Notes: generated from the sequence alone by a model not told the origin. Counted from the stretch's first letter, positions 21,141-31,668 are shown. The stretch: 64,000 nt of DNA from an uncultured Sphingomonas sp. (GCA_913774925.1 CAJYKB010000049.1:7496-71495); one strand, 5' to 3'. Program-made: numbers and translations.

Positions 21141-22115
21141 TCAGATCTCGAAGCTGATCATCTTGGACATGATGAAGGCGCCGATCCCCATCCAGATAAA
21201 CCCGCCGCCGCCGATCGCCATCAGGCGTACGTCGCTGAAGAAGCCGGCCATATAGGGCGGGTTGATCATGTAGATCATGCCGAAGACGGCGAACGGCAGC
21301 GACCCGATGATATAGGCCGATGCCTTGGATTCGGACGACATCGCCTTGATCTTCAACTTCATCTGCCCGCGCTGGCGCAGCACCGTGGCGAGGTTCTGGA
21401 GCGTTTCGGCCAGATTGCCGCCGGTTTCGCGCTGGATCGCGATGGTGATGACGAAGAACTGGAATTCCGGCGTGCCGAGGCGGTCGGCGGTTTCCTGAAG
21501 CGCGACGTCCATCGAACGGCCGATTTTCATCTTGTCCGACACGGAGCGGAATTCCTCACCGACCGGACCGGGCACCTCCGCGCCGACGACCTGCATCGTC
21601 TCCGAAATGGGGAGGCCGGAGCGCAGGCCGCGCACCAGCAGTTCGATCGCGTCGGGGAATTTGGCGGTGAATTTCGCCACGCGGCTCTTGATGACCTTGC
21701 CCACGACGATGTGGGGGATGCCTGCACCCAGCGCGAGGCCGAGCAGCAGCGCCAGCAGCAGCGGCGCTCCCTTCACCATCAGCGCGACCGCGACGATCAG
21801 CGTGACGCCGATCGTGGCGAAGCCGTAGTGGCCGACGGTCCACGACTTGCCGGTCATCGCCAGCCGCTTCTGCAACTGTTCGACATTGGGCAGCAGGCGC
21901 ATCGCGGCCAGATCGGCCTTCGTTGCGCTGCGGCCGGTGATGCGGCGCATCTGCGCCTCGATCGCGCTGCCGGGCGAGGCGACGTGCCGTTCGCGCACCG
22001 CCGCCAGCCGGCGCGTACCCGCCTTCTGCGCCGAGGGACCGGCGAAGGCGAACAGGATCATGCCCAGCGCCATCAGGGCACCGAGCGCGATCAGCAGGAG
22101 CGGGAGCATCGGCAT
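21141..22115 (-). CDS. tadB: Tad pilus inner-membrane platform TadB
   Basis: FPDAIELLVRGLRSGLP, IQRETGGNLAETL, KAMSSE. Confidence 0.92.
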   Translation of the reverse strand: MPMLPLLLIALGALMALGMILFAFAGPSAQKAGTRRLAAVRERHVASPGSAIEAQMRRITGRSATKADLAAMRLLPNVEQLQKRLAMTGKSWTVGHYGFATIGVTLIVAVALMVKGAPLLLALLLGLALGAGIPHIVVGKVIKSRVAKFTAKFPDAIELLVRGLRSGLPISETMQVVGAEVPGPVGEEFRSVSDKMKIGRSMDVALQETADRLGTPEFQFFVITIAIQRETGGNLAETLQNLATVLRQRGQMKLKIKAMSSESKASAYIIGSLPFAVFGMIYMINPPYMAGFFSDVRLMAIGGGGFIWMGIGAFIMSKMISFEI

Positions 22116-22155
22116 AGAAGGAAGCGGTCCGGCAGGAGGGTCGGGGGGAGGCGGC

Positions 22156-23427
22156 CTATTTCTTCTTGGCCACCAGCCCCTTCAGGTCGGAGAAGCGCGC
22201 CAGCAGCGACGCGCCCTTGCGCCCGCCGGCCGCGCCACCCTCGCCGCCGTCGTCCGCCGCGTTGAGCAGCCGATCCGCCAGCTCCGCCAGCGGCGCCATG
22301 GTCTTGGACGCCTTGCCGGTTTCCGCCAGCGGCTTGCCCAGCTTCGCGGATTGCGCGGCCAGTTTCTGGTCGAACGGGATCGCGACATCGACCTTGCGCT
22401 CGATCGAGGTCTCGAAATCCTTGCGCGTGATCTCCAGCTGCGCGCCGGCGTGCATGCGGTTGACGACGAGGGTCACCGACGCCTGCGGCGCGTGCGTGCG
22501 CAGCCACGACAGCAGGCGGATGGTGTCGCGCGCGGCGGCCAGCGTCAGCTCCGTCACCAGCACGACCGTGTTGATGTCCGCCAGCAGATGCGGGTGCTGC
22601 ACCAGCATCGATCGCGGCAGGTCGAGCACGCTGCACTCGAACGCGCTGCGCATTTCCTCGTGCAGTTGGTGATAGGCCGCGCCGTCGGTGACGATCGGAT
22701 TGCTGATCGGCGCCTCCGCCGACAGCACCGACAGCTTCTCCGACGCCTTCACCATGGCGCGTTCGATGAACAGCCCGTCGATGCGGCTCGGGTTCTCGAT
22801 CGCGTCGGTCAGCCCGCGGCCCGGCTCCAGGTCGAGCGCCAGCGCACCGGTGCCGAAGTGCACGTCGAGGTCGAGCAGCGCGGTGGTGCGCTTCCCGCGC
22901 TCGCTCATCAGCCAGGCGAGCGAGGTCGCCAGCGTCGATGCGCCGGCACCGCCGCGCGTGCCGATCACCGCCACGCCGCAATGCGGGCGGTCCATCGCCA
23001 TGTCGGACACCTTGGGCGCGTTCATCACATTGTGCGCCTGCGCGAACGAATCGCGCAGCGCGTCGGCACCGAGCGGCTTGAGCAGGTAATCCTGGATCCC
23101 GCTGGCGAGCAGGTCGCGGTACAGCCGGACGTCGTTGACCTGCCCAGCGGCGATCACGATCGTGCCGGGCTCGCAGACCTCCGCCAGGCTGTTGATGTCG
23201 CCCAGCGGATCGCCCGATTCGGCGAGGTCGACGAACAGCACGTGCGGGCTGGACGTCACGGACAGCGTCTGCACCGCGTTGCGCACCCCGCCCTTGTAGA
23301 CATTGTCAATCGGCCAGCCGAGCTCCGCTGCGATCGGGCGCAGCTGCTCGACCGAGGCATCGTCGCAGGCGAAGGCGAGGAACGGCGTGCGCGTGCCCGT
23401 GCCGCCCGGTTTCCACGGTGCGTTCAT
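22156..23427 (-). CDS. cpaE: Pilus localisation protein CpaE/TadZ (pseudo-REC + MinD-like)
   Basis: NDVRLYRDLLASGIQDYLLKP; GTRGGAGAST deviant Walker A; LLDLDVHFG. Confidence 0.88.
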   Translation of the reverse strand: MNAPWKPGGTGTRTPFLAFACDDASVEQLRPIAAELGWPIDNVYKGGVRNAVQTLSVTSSPHVLFVDLAESGDPLGDINSLAEVCEPGTIVIAAGQVNDVRLYRDLLASGIQDYLLKPLGADALRDSFAQAHNVMNAPKVSDMAMDRPHCGVAVIGTRGGAGASTLATSLAWLMSERGKRTTALLDLDVHFGTGALALDLEPGRGLTDAIENPSRIDGLFIERAMVKASEKLSVLSAEAPISNPIVTDGAAYHQLHEEMRSAFECSVLDLPRSMLVQHPHLLADINTVVLVTELTLAAARDTIRLLSWLRTHAPQASVTLVVNRMHAGAQLEITRKDFETSIERKVDVAIPFDQKLAAQSAKLGKPLAETGKASKTMAPLAELADRLLNAADDGGEGGAAGGRKGASLLARFSDLKGLVAKKK

Positions 23428-23428
23428 C

Positions 23429-24085
23429 TTACTTGCCCCCCGTGGATTCGGACTGACCCTTGAGCGACTGTCCGCCGCCGCCGGTCGGCTTGGCATCGCG
23501 CAGCGTCGTGATCGCGCGGGTGCCCCATTGCGCGTCGTAATTGCCGTCGGTCGACGCGCCACGGACCAGATCGGCGGGGTTGGCGATCATCGCGGCCAGG
23601 TTGGTGTTGATCGCGCAGCCATAGTCGGTGGTGTTGTTGTGCTCGAACGCGGGCTCCACGTTGAGGCGCCGGTCGGTGCAGCTGGGCACGGAAGCGCGCG
23701 AACGGCTGACCACGACGCGCAGCGTGCCCGGTGCGACAGGGGCGCCGGTGACGGGCGCGTCGCCCGCGAGCAGCAGGCCGTAGCGCGCCGCCGCCGCCGC
23801 GACGTCGGCGCGCGCCGCGGTGCCGGTGCCGGCGGGATCGTCGACCGCGACGCTGTCGCCATAGCCGAGCCGCAGCGCGTCGAGCCAGCCGCGCAGTCGC
23901 TGCGCCTCGCCCGCGGCCAGGCCGCCGGGGCCGGCCTGCATGTCGAAGGCATAATCAGTGCGGGTGACGACCGGCTGGTTGACCGATTCGACGCCGCGGT
24001 TGACCGCGCCGCACGCACCGAGCGGGAGCGCGGCGGCGAGTGCGACCAGCAGGAGCGGGCGCCGGAAGGGGGAAGGATGCGTCAT
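23429..24085 (-). CDS. cpaD: Pilus assembly lipoprotein CpaD
   Basis: Lipobox LGAC; DYGCAINTNLAAMIANPADL. Confidence 0.88.
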   Translation of the reverse strand: MTHPSPFRRPLLLVALAAALPLGACGAVNRGVESVNQPVVTRTDYAFDMQAGPGGLAAGEAQRLRGWLDALRLGYGDSVAVDDPAGTGTAARADVAAAAARYGLLLAGDAPVTGAPVAPGTLRVVVSRSRASVPSCTDRRLNVEPAFEHNNTTDYGCAINTNLAAMIANPADLVRGASTDGNYDAQWGTRAITTLRDAKPTGGGGQSLKGQSESTGGK

Positions 24086-24106
24086 GATCGTGAACCCTCG
24101 CGCGCG

Positions 24107-25684
24107 TCAGTTGATCGAGAAGCCGGGGGCCGGGGCGGCACCCTTGCGGTCGGAGGAGCGCGCCGCCTTGCGATCCGCGGGTGCGGCCGGCGCGGGGGCC
24201 GGGGCGAGCGGCGCGGGCGCGACCGCACCGACGGCGGGGGCGGCGGCCGGCTGCGTCACCTGCATCGTCGGCTTGGGCCGGGTGGCGCCGCGCGATCCGT
24301 TGTCGAGCGTGCCGAGCAGGATACGCTCCAGATCGCCGGGCTGACGGTAATTGTCGGTCGGCAGGCGGATGTCGTTCCCGTTGACCGGCTTTACCAGATA
24401 CGGCGTGATGATGATGACCAGCTCGGTTTCGTTGCGCTGGAACGCGTTCGACTTGAACAGCGCGCCCAGCACGGGGACGTCGGCGATGCCGGGCATCTTG
24501 TCGTAGCTGTTGTTGTGCGAATTCTGCATCAAGCCGGCGATCATGAAACTCTGTCCCGATCCCAGTTCGACGGTCGTTTCCGCGCGACGCGTCGTCAGCG
24601 CGGGTACGCGACCGCCATTCAAGGTGATGGAATTGGCATAGTCGAGTTGCGAAACCTCCGGGCGCACCCGCAACGAGATGCGTCCGTCGGACAGCACCGT
24701 GGGCGTATAGGCGAGGCTGACGCCGAACTGCTTGTACTCGACCGAATTGGTGCCCAACGCCTGCGCGATCGGGATCGGGATCTCGCCGCCGGCCAGGAAA
24801 GTGCCGGTTTCCCCGGACAAGGCGGTCAGATTCGGATTGGCGAGGGTCGTCACCTGACCCGTGGTTTCCCCGAGGTCGAGGGCGCTGATGAAGTCGCCGC
24901 CCAGCAGCTTTCCGAAGAGGCTGATCGTGCCGCCACGGCTTGCCAGCGTACTCTGGAAATTGGTCCCGCCCGGGGTCAGGCCGTTGGTGTCGACGATGGT
25001 CGACGTCGGGTCGCCGGGCACGGTCGTGATATTGCCCTGGCGCCCGAATCCGCCGCCCAGGCCCAGCAGCCCCTCGCGAGTGCGGCCGCGGGTGGTGATG
25101 TTGTTGCCGATGTTCTTCAGCCACGACCGGCTGACCTCCGCGAACTTCACCTGCAGGTTGACCTGCAGCGGGGTCGCGGTGCGCAGACGGCTGAGCACCT
25201 TCACGTCGTCGCCGACGAAGGCCTTCACCAGCCGCTCGGCCTCCGCGCCGTCCTCCGGCCCGTGGACGGTGCCGGTCAGCAGGATCAGCCCGTTCATCGG
25301 GGTGGAGACGATCTGCGCATCGGGCAGCGCCAGATTCAGCATCTGCTGGATCGAGTCGAAGTTGTTCCCCACCCGGACCGTGCTGGCATAGACCACCGCG
25401 CCGCCCTTTGCGGTGGCGGAGATGGTCGTCTCGCCCGGCTTCTTGCCGAAGACGTAAAGCAACGTGGGCGAGCGCACCTGGACATCGGCGATGTCGGGGT
25501 TAGCGACGAACAGGTCGCTCATCGGCCGAGCGAGCTTGATGAGGCGGCCGCGGTTGGTCGCGACCTGAAGCGTCTGGCCGGAGCTTGCCGCCACCGCCGC
25601 GGTGTCCTGCGCCGGCGCGGAGGCCGATATCGCGGACAGCGTCAGTGCCGCGATCGACACCGCCATCGTGGACGAGATACGCAT
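24107..25684 (-). CDS. cpaC: Tad secretin CpaC/RcpA
   Basis: VANPDIADV, QVNLQVKFAEV, FLAGGEIPIP, ETTVELGSGQSF, ETELVIIITPYLV. Confidence 0.93.
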   Translation of the reverse strand: MRISSTMAVSIAALTLSAISASAPAQDTAAVAASSGQTLQVATNRGRLIKLARPMSDLFVANPDIADVQVRSPTLLYVFGKKPGETTISATAKGGAVVYASTVRVGNNFDSIQQMLNLALPDAQIVSTPMNGLILLTGTVHGPEDGAEAERLVKAFVGDDVKVLSRLRTATPLQVNLQVKFAEVSRSWLKNIGNNITTRGRTREGLLGLGGGFGRQGNITTVPGDPTSTIVDTNGLTPGGTNFQSTLASRGGTISLFGKLLGGDFISALDLGETTGQVTTLANPNLTALSGETGTFLAGGEIPIPIAQALGTNSVEYKQFGVSLAYTPTVLSDGRISLRVRPEVSQLDYANSITLNGGRVPALTTRRAETTVELGSGQSFMIAGLMQNSHNNSYDKMPGIADVPVLGALFKSNAFQRNETELVIIITPYLVKPVNGNDIRLPTDNYRQPGDLERILLGTLDNGSRGATRPKPTMQVTQPAAAPAVGAVAPAPLAPAPAPAAPADRKAARSSDRKGAAPAPGFSIN

Positions 25685-26724
25685 CAGAACTTACCTCCGA
25701 CCGGAACCTCGGTCACGTTGTTGCCGCGCGCGATGCGCACCACGGGGCCGGCGGGCCGGGGCGGTGCGGCGGCGATGCCCATCCCGCCGCCGGGGGCGGC
25801 AGCGGCGGGGGCCGGCGCGCTGTTGTCGGTCATCGCGGGCACGGTGCGCCGCTGGAAGCGCGACACGTCGGCACCGACGACATAGGTGGAATTGCCGGCC
25901 TGCGGCATCGCCGCGGCGGCGGCGAGCATCGCCTTCTCCGCCTTGGGATCCTTGCCGTCGCCGACGCTGACCGCGCCGGAGGCGATGGCCTGCTCCAGCT
26001 CGGAGGCGTTGTCCGCGATCGAACGCAGCGACAGCGACAGCGTGCCGATGGTCTGCGCCACCGCGATCTGCTCGGCGATGCGCGGCGTCGCCTCGACCGT
26101 GACGTTGGAGAAGGCCTGGACGACGGTGTTGCCGGCTTCGTCCTTGTTGTTGCTGGTACGCTGGTCGGTGGCGAGCACGCGCAGGTTGCGGATGACCGTC
26201 TCGGTCGCCTTCAGCGCGGGGCCGTCGTTGGCGCCGCCGACCGATTGCGTCAGCAGCAGGTCGATATGGTCGCCCGGAAAGACGAAGCCCGCGACGGAGG
26301 TCTGCGCCGACACCGGCACCGTGACCGCGCGCATCCCCGGCCCGAGCGCCGCGGCTAGGAAGCCGCGGTCGCCGGGCTTGACCAGCTGACCCTGCGTCAC
26401 CGGCTGGCCCGCGGTGATCGGCAGGCGCACGACGGTGCCGAGCAGCTTCGCCATATCGGTCGTCTGCTTCTGGAAATAGGCGTTCTCGACCAGCTCCTTG
26501 GGCCAGGGCTGGAACTTCAGCGCGGTGGCGTCCAGGATCGTGCCGACCGGCAGCGCGCGGGTGGCGACCAGTACCTCCGGCCCGTCGATCACGACCGGGG
26601 CGGGGGCCGCGGCGGCCTGCGCCTGCGGGGCGGCGGCGCCTGCGATCAGCGAGCGGGCGGCAAAGGCGGTGACGGCCGCCACCAACAGCGCCCCCACCAG
26701 CATCATCACCTTGCGACTGTCCAT
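25684..26724 (-). CDS. cpaB: Flp pilus assembly protein CpaB/RcpC (SAF domain)
   Basis: VLVATRALPVG, GMRAVTVPV, AGFVFPGDHID, RVLATDQ. Confidence 0.92.
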   Translation of the reverse strand: MDSRKVMMLVGALLVAAVTAFAARSLIAGAAAPQAQAAAAPAPVVIDGPEVLVATRALPVGTILDATALKFQPWPKELVENAYFQKQTTDMAKLLGTVVRLPITAGQPVTQGQLVKPGDRGFLAAALGPGMRAVTVPVSAQTSVAGFVFPGDHIDLLLTQSVGGANDGPALKATETVIRNLRVLATDQRTSNNKDEAGNTVVQAFSNVTVEATPRIAEQIAVAQTIGTLSLSLRSIADNASELEQAIASGAVSVGDGKDPKAEKAMLAAAAAMPQAGNSTYVVGADVSRFQRRTVPAMTDNSAPAPAAAAPGGGMGIAAAPPRPAGPVVRIARGNNVTEVPVGGKF

Positions 26725-26771
26725 ACTGTCCCTGTCCCTCGGATACGCGTCAGGCCGTTCTAAGCGGCTGG

Positions 26772-27248
26772 TTATTGGGTAAATTGGTTAAGAAGCGGTT
26801 CGCGAAGCGCGAGCAGTCCGGCGACCGCGATGGCGACGCCGTACGGCACCTCCACCGGGCCGTCGCGGCGGTGCCAGCGCTGATCGATCAGGAAGACGAG
26901 CGTCAGCACGCCGCCCGCGATCGCCATCGCCATCAGCATGTCGAGCAGCGCGAAGGGTGTGAACCACAGCGACAGCGCGCCGATCAGCTTCACGTCGCCG
27001 CCGCCCATCTGCCCCAGCGCGAACGCGCCGACGAAAAGCGCGAAGACGACGAGCGAGACGCCCAGCTGGATCGCCATGCCGGGCCACGGTTCCAGCCCGA
27101 TCGACACCCACCACAGCGGCGCCATCAGTGCGATCGCGGCGTTCTTCGCATTGGAGATCTCGCGCATGCGGATGTCTTGGATGCCCGCGGACACCAGCAG
27201 GGCGCCCAAGCCGACGGGCAGCAGAAAGGCAAGAATGTTCCATCCCAT
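26772..27248 (-). CDS. cpaA: Prepilin peptidase CpaA/TadV (A24)
   Basis: QDIRMREISN, MGGGDVKL, VPYGVAIA; multi-TM. Confidence 0.9.
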   Translation of the reverse strand: MGWNILAFLLPVGLGALLVSAGIQDIRMREISNAKNAAIALMAPLWWVSIGLEPWPGMAIQLGVSLVVFALFVGAFALGQMGGGDVKLIGALSLWFTPFALLDMLMAMAIAGGVLTLVFLIDQRWHRRDGPVEVPYGVAIAVAGLLALREPLLNQFTQ

Positions 27249-27295
27249 GCCATCCCCGCTAGACGGAAGGGTTTGAGAAACCGTAACCACGCGCG

Positions 27296-28216
27296 ATGAC
27301 CATCACCCGCCGAACCCTGCCCCCCGATGCGCGGGTGACCCATTGGCGGGCGGCGGACGGCTGGCCGCTGCGACGGTTCGACTGGCCGGGGACGGGAAGG
27401 GGCGCGATCCTGTTCCAGGCCGGACGCGGCGATATTTTCGAGAAGTATTTGGAATCGTTCGCCTATTGGCATGGGCAAGGCTGGTCGGTCAGCGCGTTCG
27501 ACTGGCGCGGGCAGGGCGGGTCGGGACGGCTGAGTGCCGATCCCCACGTCGGACATTGCGCGGATTTCACGCCCTGGATCGCCGATCTGGCGCAGGTCTG
27601 GGGCGCATGGGACGCGCCCAGGGACCGCCCGCGGGTGGTGATGGGGCATTCGATGGGCGGGTATCTGACGCTGCGCGCGCTGGTGGAGGGCGCGATCGAT
27701 GCCGATGCGGCGGTGCTGATCGCGCCGATGCTGGGGCTGCGCAGCCCGGTCGGAGCGTGGCTGGGGGGCAGGGTGGCGGCGCTGATGCGCGCGCTGGGCG
27801 ATCCCGCGCGCGCGGCATGGAAGGGGCATGAGCGCCCCGGCGCGCCCGACCGCCGGCTGTTGCTGACCGCCGACGCCGATCGCTACGACGACGAGGACTT
27901 CTTCTACCGCGCCGACCCCGCATTGCGGCTGGGGCCGCCGAGCTGGGCGTGGCTGGCGGAGGCGTTTGCGGCGACCGCGCGGCTGCGCGCCGACGTGCGG
28001 CTGGCGGCAATGCGCACCCCGGTGCTGACGCTGGTGGCGGATTACGACCGGCTGGTCGATCCGCAGGCGGCGGCGACGGTCGTCGGCCGGCTGCCCGATG
28101 CGCGGCTGGTGCGGTTCGGGGCGGAGTCCGCGCACGAAATCCTGCGCGAGGCGGACCCGGTGCGCGACCGCGCGCTCGCCGCGATCGATGCATTCCTGGC
28201 GGAGCGCGCCGCGTGA
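27296..28216 (+). CDS. Alpha/beta hydrolase (lysophospholipase-like)
   Basis: GRGDIFEKY, DWRGQGGS, GHSMGG, AHEILRE. Confidence 0.88.
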   Translation: MTITRRTLPPDARVTHWRAADGWPLRRFDWPGTGRGAILFQAGRGDIFEKYLESFAYWHGQGWSVSAFDWRGQGGSGRLSADPHVGHCADFTPWIADLAQVWGAWDAPRDRPRVVMGHSMGGYLTLRALVEGAIDADAAVLIAPMLGLRSPVGAWLGGRVAALMRALGDPARAAWKGHERPGAPDRRLLLTADADRYDDEDFFYRADPALRLGPPSWAWLAEAFAATARLRADVRLAAMRTPVLTLVADYDRLVDPQAAATVVGRLPDARLVRFGAESAHEILREADPVRDRALAAIDAFLAERAA

Positions 28217-29289
28217 CGCGCTACGACATCGCGATCGTCGGCGGCGGGATCGCGGGGGCGAGCCTGGCGGCGGCGATCGGTGCGCGGGCGCGCGTGCTGC
28301 TGCTGGAGGCGGAAGAGCAGCCCGGTTATCATTCGACCGGGCGTTCGGCGGCGTTCTGGTCGGAAACCTATGGCGGCGCGGGGATACAACCGCTGACGAC
28401 CGCCTCCGGCGCGGCGCTGCACGATGGCGGCTATCTCGACCCGCTGGGCGCGGTGCATATCGGGCGCGAACGCGATACCGCGGCGATGGCAGCGCTATTG
28501 GACGAGTTCGCAGGCACCCCGGTCGCGCTGGAGCGGGTGACGCCCGCGGCGCTGATCCCCGGTTTGCGCGCCGAATGGACGCTGGGGGTGAGCGAGCCGA
28601 CCTGCGCCTATATCGACGCCGCGCGGCTGCACGGCGATTATCTGGCGGAGGCGCGGCGCGCGGGCGCGGCGATCGTCCCCGCCGCGGCGCTGGCGGAGGC
28701 GGCGCGGGTGGACGGCGCGTGGCAACTGGTGACGCGCGACGGCGCGCGCTTCGCGGCGGACGTGCTGGTGAATGCGGCGGGAGCGTGGGCCGACCCGGTT
28801 GCGGTGATCGCGAGTGCGCGACCGCTCGGCATCCAGCCCTATCGTCGCACGATGGTGCAGCTGGAGACGACGCCGGGTGCGCCCGCGGGGATGCCGTTCG
28901 TGGTCGACATCGCCGGCAGCTTCTACTTCAAGCCCGAGGCGGGCGGACGGCTGTGGCTCAGCCCGCATGACGAACATCCGGTCGATCCGCACGACGTCGC
29001 AGCGGAGGAGATCGACGTGGCGATCGCGATCGACCGGTTCGAGCATGCGGTCGACTGGCGCGTGAAGCGGGTGGAGCGGTCGTGGGCGGGGCTGCGCTCC
29101 TTCGCGCCAGACCGGCTGCCGGTGTTCGGCGCGGACCCGTGCACGGCGGGCTTCTTCTGGTTTGCGGGGCAGGGCGGCTTCGGCATCCAGACCGCGCCGG
29201 CGGCCGCCGCGCTGGGCGCGGCGCTGCTGCTGGACGATGCGGTGCCGCACGGGCTGGACGCGGATCGGTACGCGGCGGCGCGGTTCTGA
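28213..29289 (+). CDS. FAD-dependent oxidoreductase (DAO family)
   Basis: GTGA overlap; IVGGGIAG, TGRSAA, VNAAGAW, WAGLRSF, GQGGFGIQTAP. Confidence 0.9.
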   Translation: MTRYDIAIVGGGIAGASLAAAIGARARVLLLEAEEQPGYHSTGRSAAFWSETYGGAGIQPLTTASGAALHDGGYLDPLGAVHIGRERDTAAMAALLDEFAGTPVALERVTPAALIPGLRAEWTLGVSEPTCAYIDAARLHGDYLAEARRAGAAIVPAAALAEAARVDGAWQLVTRDGARFAADVLVNAAGAWADPVAVIASARPLGIQPYRRTMVQLETTPGAPAGMPFVVDIAGSFYFKPEAGGRLWLSPHDEHPVDPHDVAAEEIDVAIAIDRFEHAVDWRVKRVERSWAGLRSFAPDRLPVFGADPCTAGFFWFAGQGGFGIQTAPAAAALGAALLLDDAVPHGLDADRYAAARF

Positions 29290-29295
29290 CGTTAG

Positions 29296-29484
29296 GTTAC
29301 CCTGGCTCAGGGCGGGACTTTTGCAAAACGGCTTCCACCGTTGAGTACACGCCGTGCTCCTGCGAAGGCAGGAGCCTAAGATCAATCAGAACGACGCCTT
29401 TTGGGACCGGCAACCCTGGGCTCCTGCCTGCGCAGGAGCACATCGAAGACTTTCGCAAAAGTCCCGGTGAAGCCCGGGGTGACG
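29296..29484. repeat. Nested composite palindrome containing family A copy 3 (29352-29441)
   Basis: Outer CGTC-like arms, a middle inverted repeat (CGGGACTTTTGC / GCAAAAGTCCCG), and an inner family A element. Confidence 0.85.
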
Positions 29485-29502
29485 GCCGATCCTGGCCCCC
29501 GC

Positions 29503-30219
29503 TCAATCCTGCGTATGCGCGGCCCAGGTCGCGTGCGCGATGCCGTGGACCGCGGTGAAATGGTCGGTGATGCGGTCCAGCTCCTCCACCTCGATGCTCG
29601 TGCTGGTCAGCGTCGCGGTGACGGTCGCCTGATCCTCGCCCAGTTCGGCGGTGGCCAGTTCCGCGACCGGCAGCTGCGCCGCTTCCAGATGCTCGACCAG
29701 CAGGTCGCCGACCGGGCCGGCGTTGCCGGCGCGTGTCGTCAGGCTGACGGTATAGGTCGCCTCGACATGGCGACCCGCGATCGGGATCCGGTTGATCGCG
29801 TCGACCAGCGGGCGCAGCGCGGTGTTGGCGGTCAGCACCACGGCGGTCAGCAGCACCGCCTCCGCCACCATGTCGCTGCCCGCGATCGCGCCGACCGCGG
29901 CGGAGCACCACAAGGTCGCTGCGGTGTTCAGCCCGCGGACGTTCAGCCCCTCCTTCATGATGACGCCGGCGCCCAGGAAGCCGATGCCGGAGACGACATA
30001 GGCGATGATGCGGATCGACTCGACGTCGCCGCCCAGCCGCTGCCCCAGATCGACGAATGCCGCCGCGCCGATCGCGACCAGCGCGTTGGTGCGCAATCCG
30101 GCGGTGCGCTGACGAAACTGGCGTTCCGCGCCGATCGCGGTGCCCAGCACGAACGCGGTCAGCAGGCTGACGACCGTGTCGAGGAACGGCCACAGGTGGA
30201 AGGTGGTGAGGAAGCGCAT
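29503..30219 (-). CDS. MgtC/SapB family membrane protein
   Basis: IGAERQFRQRTAGLRTNALV, VVSGIGFLGAG, GLNTAATLW; C-terminal ACT-like domain. Confidence 0.9.
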   Translation of the reverse strand: MRFLTTFHLWPFLDTVVSLLTAFVLGTAIGAERQFRQRTAGLRTNALVAIGAAAFVDLGQRLGGDVESIRIIAYVVSGIGFLGAGVIMKEGLNVRGLNTAATLWCSAAVGAIAGSDMVAEAVLLTAVVLTANTALRPLVDAINRIPIAGRHVEATYTVSLTTRAGNAGPVGDLLVEHLEAAQLPVAELATAELGEDQATVTATLTSTSIEVEELDRITDHFTAVHGIAHATWAAHTQD

Positions 30220-30227
30220 CGCGCGGG

Positions 30228-30692
30228 TCAGCCGGCGCGGCGCGCCTTGCCCGCAGCCAGCGCGGCGTCGCTCGCCAGCCGGTCGGCGCGTTCGTTGTCG
30301 GGGTGGCCGGCGTGGCCCTTCACCCATTTCCACTCGACGCGGTGCGGCTTCGCGGCGGCGAGCAGCGCCTGCCACAGCTCGGCGTTCTTCACCGGCTTCC
30401 TGTCGGCGGTCTTCCAGCCGTTCTTCTGCCAGCCGTGGATCCACTTGGTCAGCCCGTCCATGACGTAGCGGCTGTCGGTCGACAGCAGGACGCGACACGG
30501 GCGGGTGAGCGCGTTCAGCCCCTCGATCGCGGCCATCAGCTCCATGCGGTTGTTGGTGGTTAGCGTTTCGCCCCCCGACATCTCCTTCTCGTGCGCGCCG
30601 GCGCGGATCAGCACGCCCCAGCCGCCTGGGCCCGGATTGCCCTTGCACGCGCCGTCGGTGGCGATTTCGACGGTCGTCAGTTCGGCGGTCAT
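30228..30692 (-). CDS. rnhA: Ribonuclease HI
   Basis: [38 protein letters not shown]. Confidence 0.97.
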   Translation of the reverse strand: MTAELTTVEIATDGACKGNPGPGGWGVLIRAGAHEKEMSGGETLTTNNRMELMAAIEGLNALTRPCRVLLSTDSRYVMDGLTKWIHGWQKNGWKTADRKPVKNAELWQALLAAAKPHRVEWKWVKGHAGHPDNERADRLASDAALAAGKARRAG

Positions 30693-31639
30693 GCGAAGGC
30701 GTCCGGATGGGCGTCGTACCAGTCGAGCCGGTTGAGATAGGCGAGCGGGTCCTTGCGCACGACCAGCGCGTCGGCGGGCGTGTGGATCCAGTCCCAGGCG
30801 CGGCTGAGCAGGAAGCGGATGCACGCTCCCTTCGCCAGCACCGGCAGCGCGGCGCGCTCCGCCGCGGTCAGGCCGTCGCCGTACCCGTCCAGCAGGGCCG
30901 CTCCAACGGCGGCATGCGGGTTCAGCCCCTTCGCATCGAATGTCCAGGCGCTGTGCATGATTGCCAGGTCGTAGGCGCGCAGGTCGGTGCAGGCGAAGTA
31001 GAAGTCGATCAGCCCGGTCACCTCGTCGCCCAGCATCAGGACGTTGTCGGGGAACAGATCGGCATGGATCGCGCTGACCGGCAGATCGGTGGGCCACGCC
31101 GCCTCCACCGCAGCCAGCGCGGTCTCGACGCGGTCGAACAAGCCCGGGCGGATCGTGTCCATCGCCGCGCGTCCGCACCGCTCCAGCAGCGGGCGCCACG
31201 TCGCGACGCCCATCGAATTGGCGCGCGTCAGCGGGAAGTCGGCCAGCGCGGCGTGCATCGCGGCCATCGCGCGCGCCGCATTGCGCGCCTGCGCCGGCGT
31301 CGGATCGGACAGCGAGACGCCGTTGAGGAATTTGATGAGGCAGGCGGGACGACCGGCCAGCTCCTGGATTTCGACGCCATCGCGGTCCTTGATCGCGGGC
31401 GGTACGGGCAGTCCGCGCGCGTCGAGATGGTCGAGCAGCGCCATGAAGAACGGCAGGTCGTCCGCCGCCACACGCTTCTCATAGAGCGTCAGGATGAAGC
31501 GCGCGCGCGTGGTGTCGACCAGATAATTGCTGTTCTCCACCCCCTCGGCGATGCCCTTCGCGGACACCAGTTCGCCCGCATCGTAGCGCGTGAGGAAGGC
31601 GGCCAGCGCCTCGGCGGAAACCTGTGTGTAGACGGCCAT
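30689..31639 (-). CDS. thrB: Homoserine kinase type II
   Basis: [36 protein letters not shown]; ispH-thrB-rnhA order. Confidence 0.93.
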   Translation of the reverse strand: MAVYTQVSAEALAAFLTRYDAGELVSAKGIAEGVENSNYLVDTTRARFILTLYEKRVAADDLPFFMALLDHLDARGLPVPPAIKDRDGVEIQELAGRPACLIKFLNGVSLSDPTPAQARNAARAMAAMHAALADFPLTRANSMGVATWRPLLERCGRAAMDTIRPGLFDRVETALAAVEAAWPTDLPVSAIHADLFPDNVLMLGDEVTGLIDFYFACTDLRAYDLAIMHSAWTFDAKGLNPHAAVGAALLDGYGDGLTAAERAALPVLAKGACIRFLLSRAWDWIHTPADALVVRKDPLAYLNRLDWYDAHPDAFA

Positions 31640-31668
31640 AATGCTCCCGCGACGGGAAAGAAGAAGCG

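Noticed and set aside
24500-24960. Slightly AT-richer patch within cpaC as a recombined segment
   Set aside because: This is an impression only; the frame and motifs are intact, and I cannot quantify the composition without computation.
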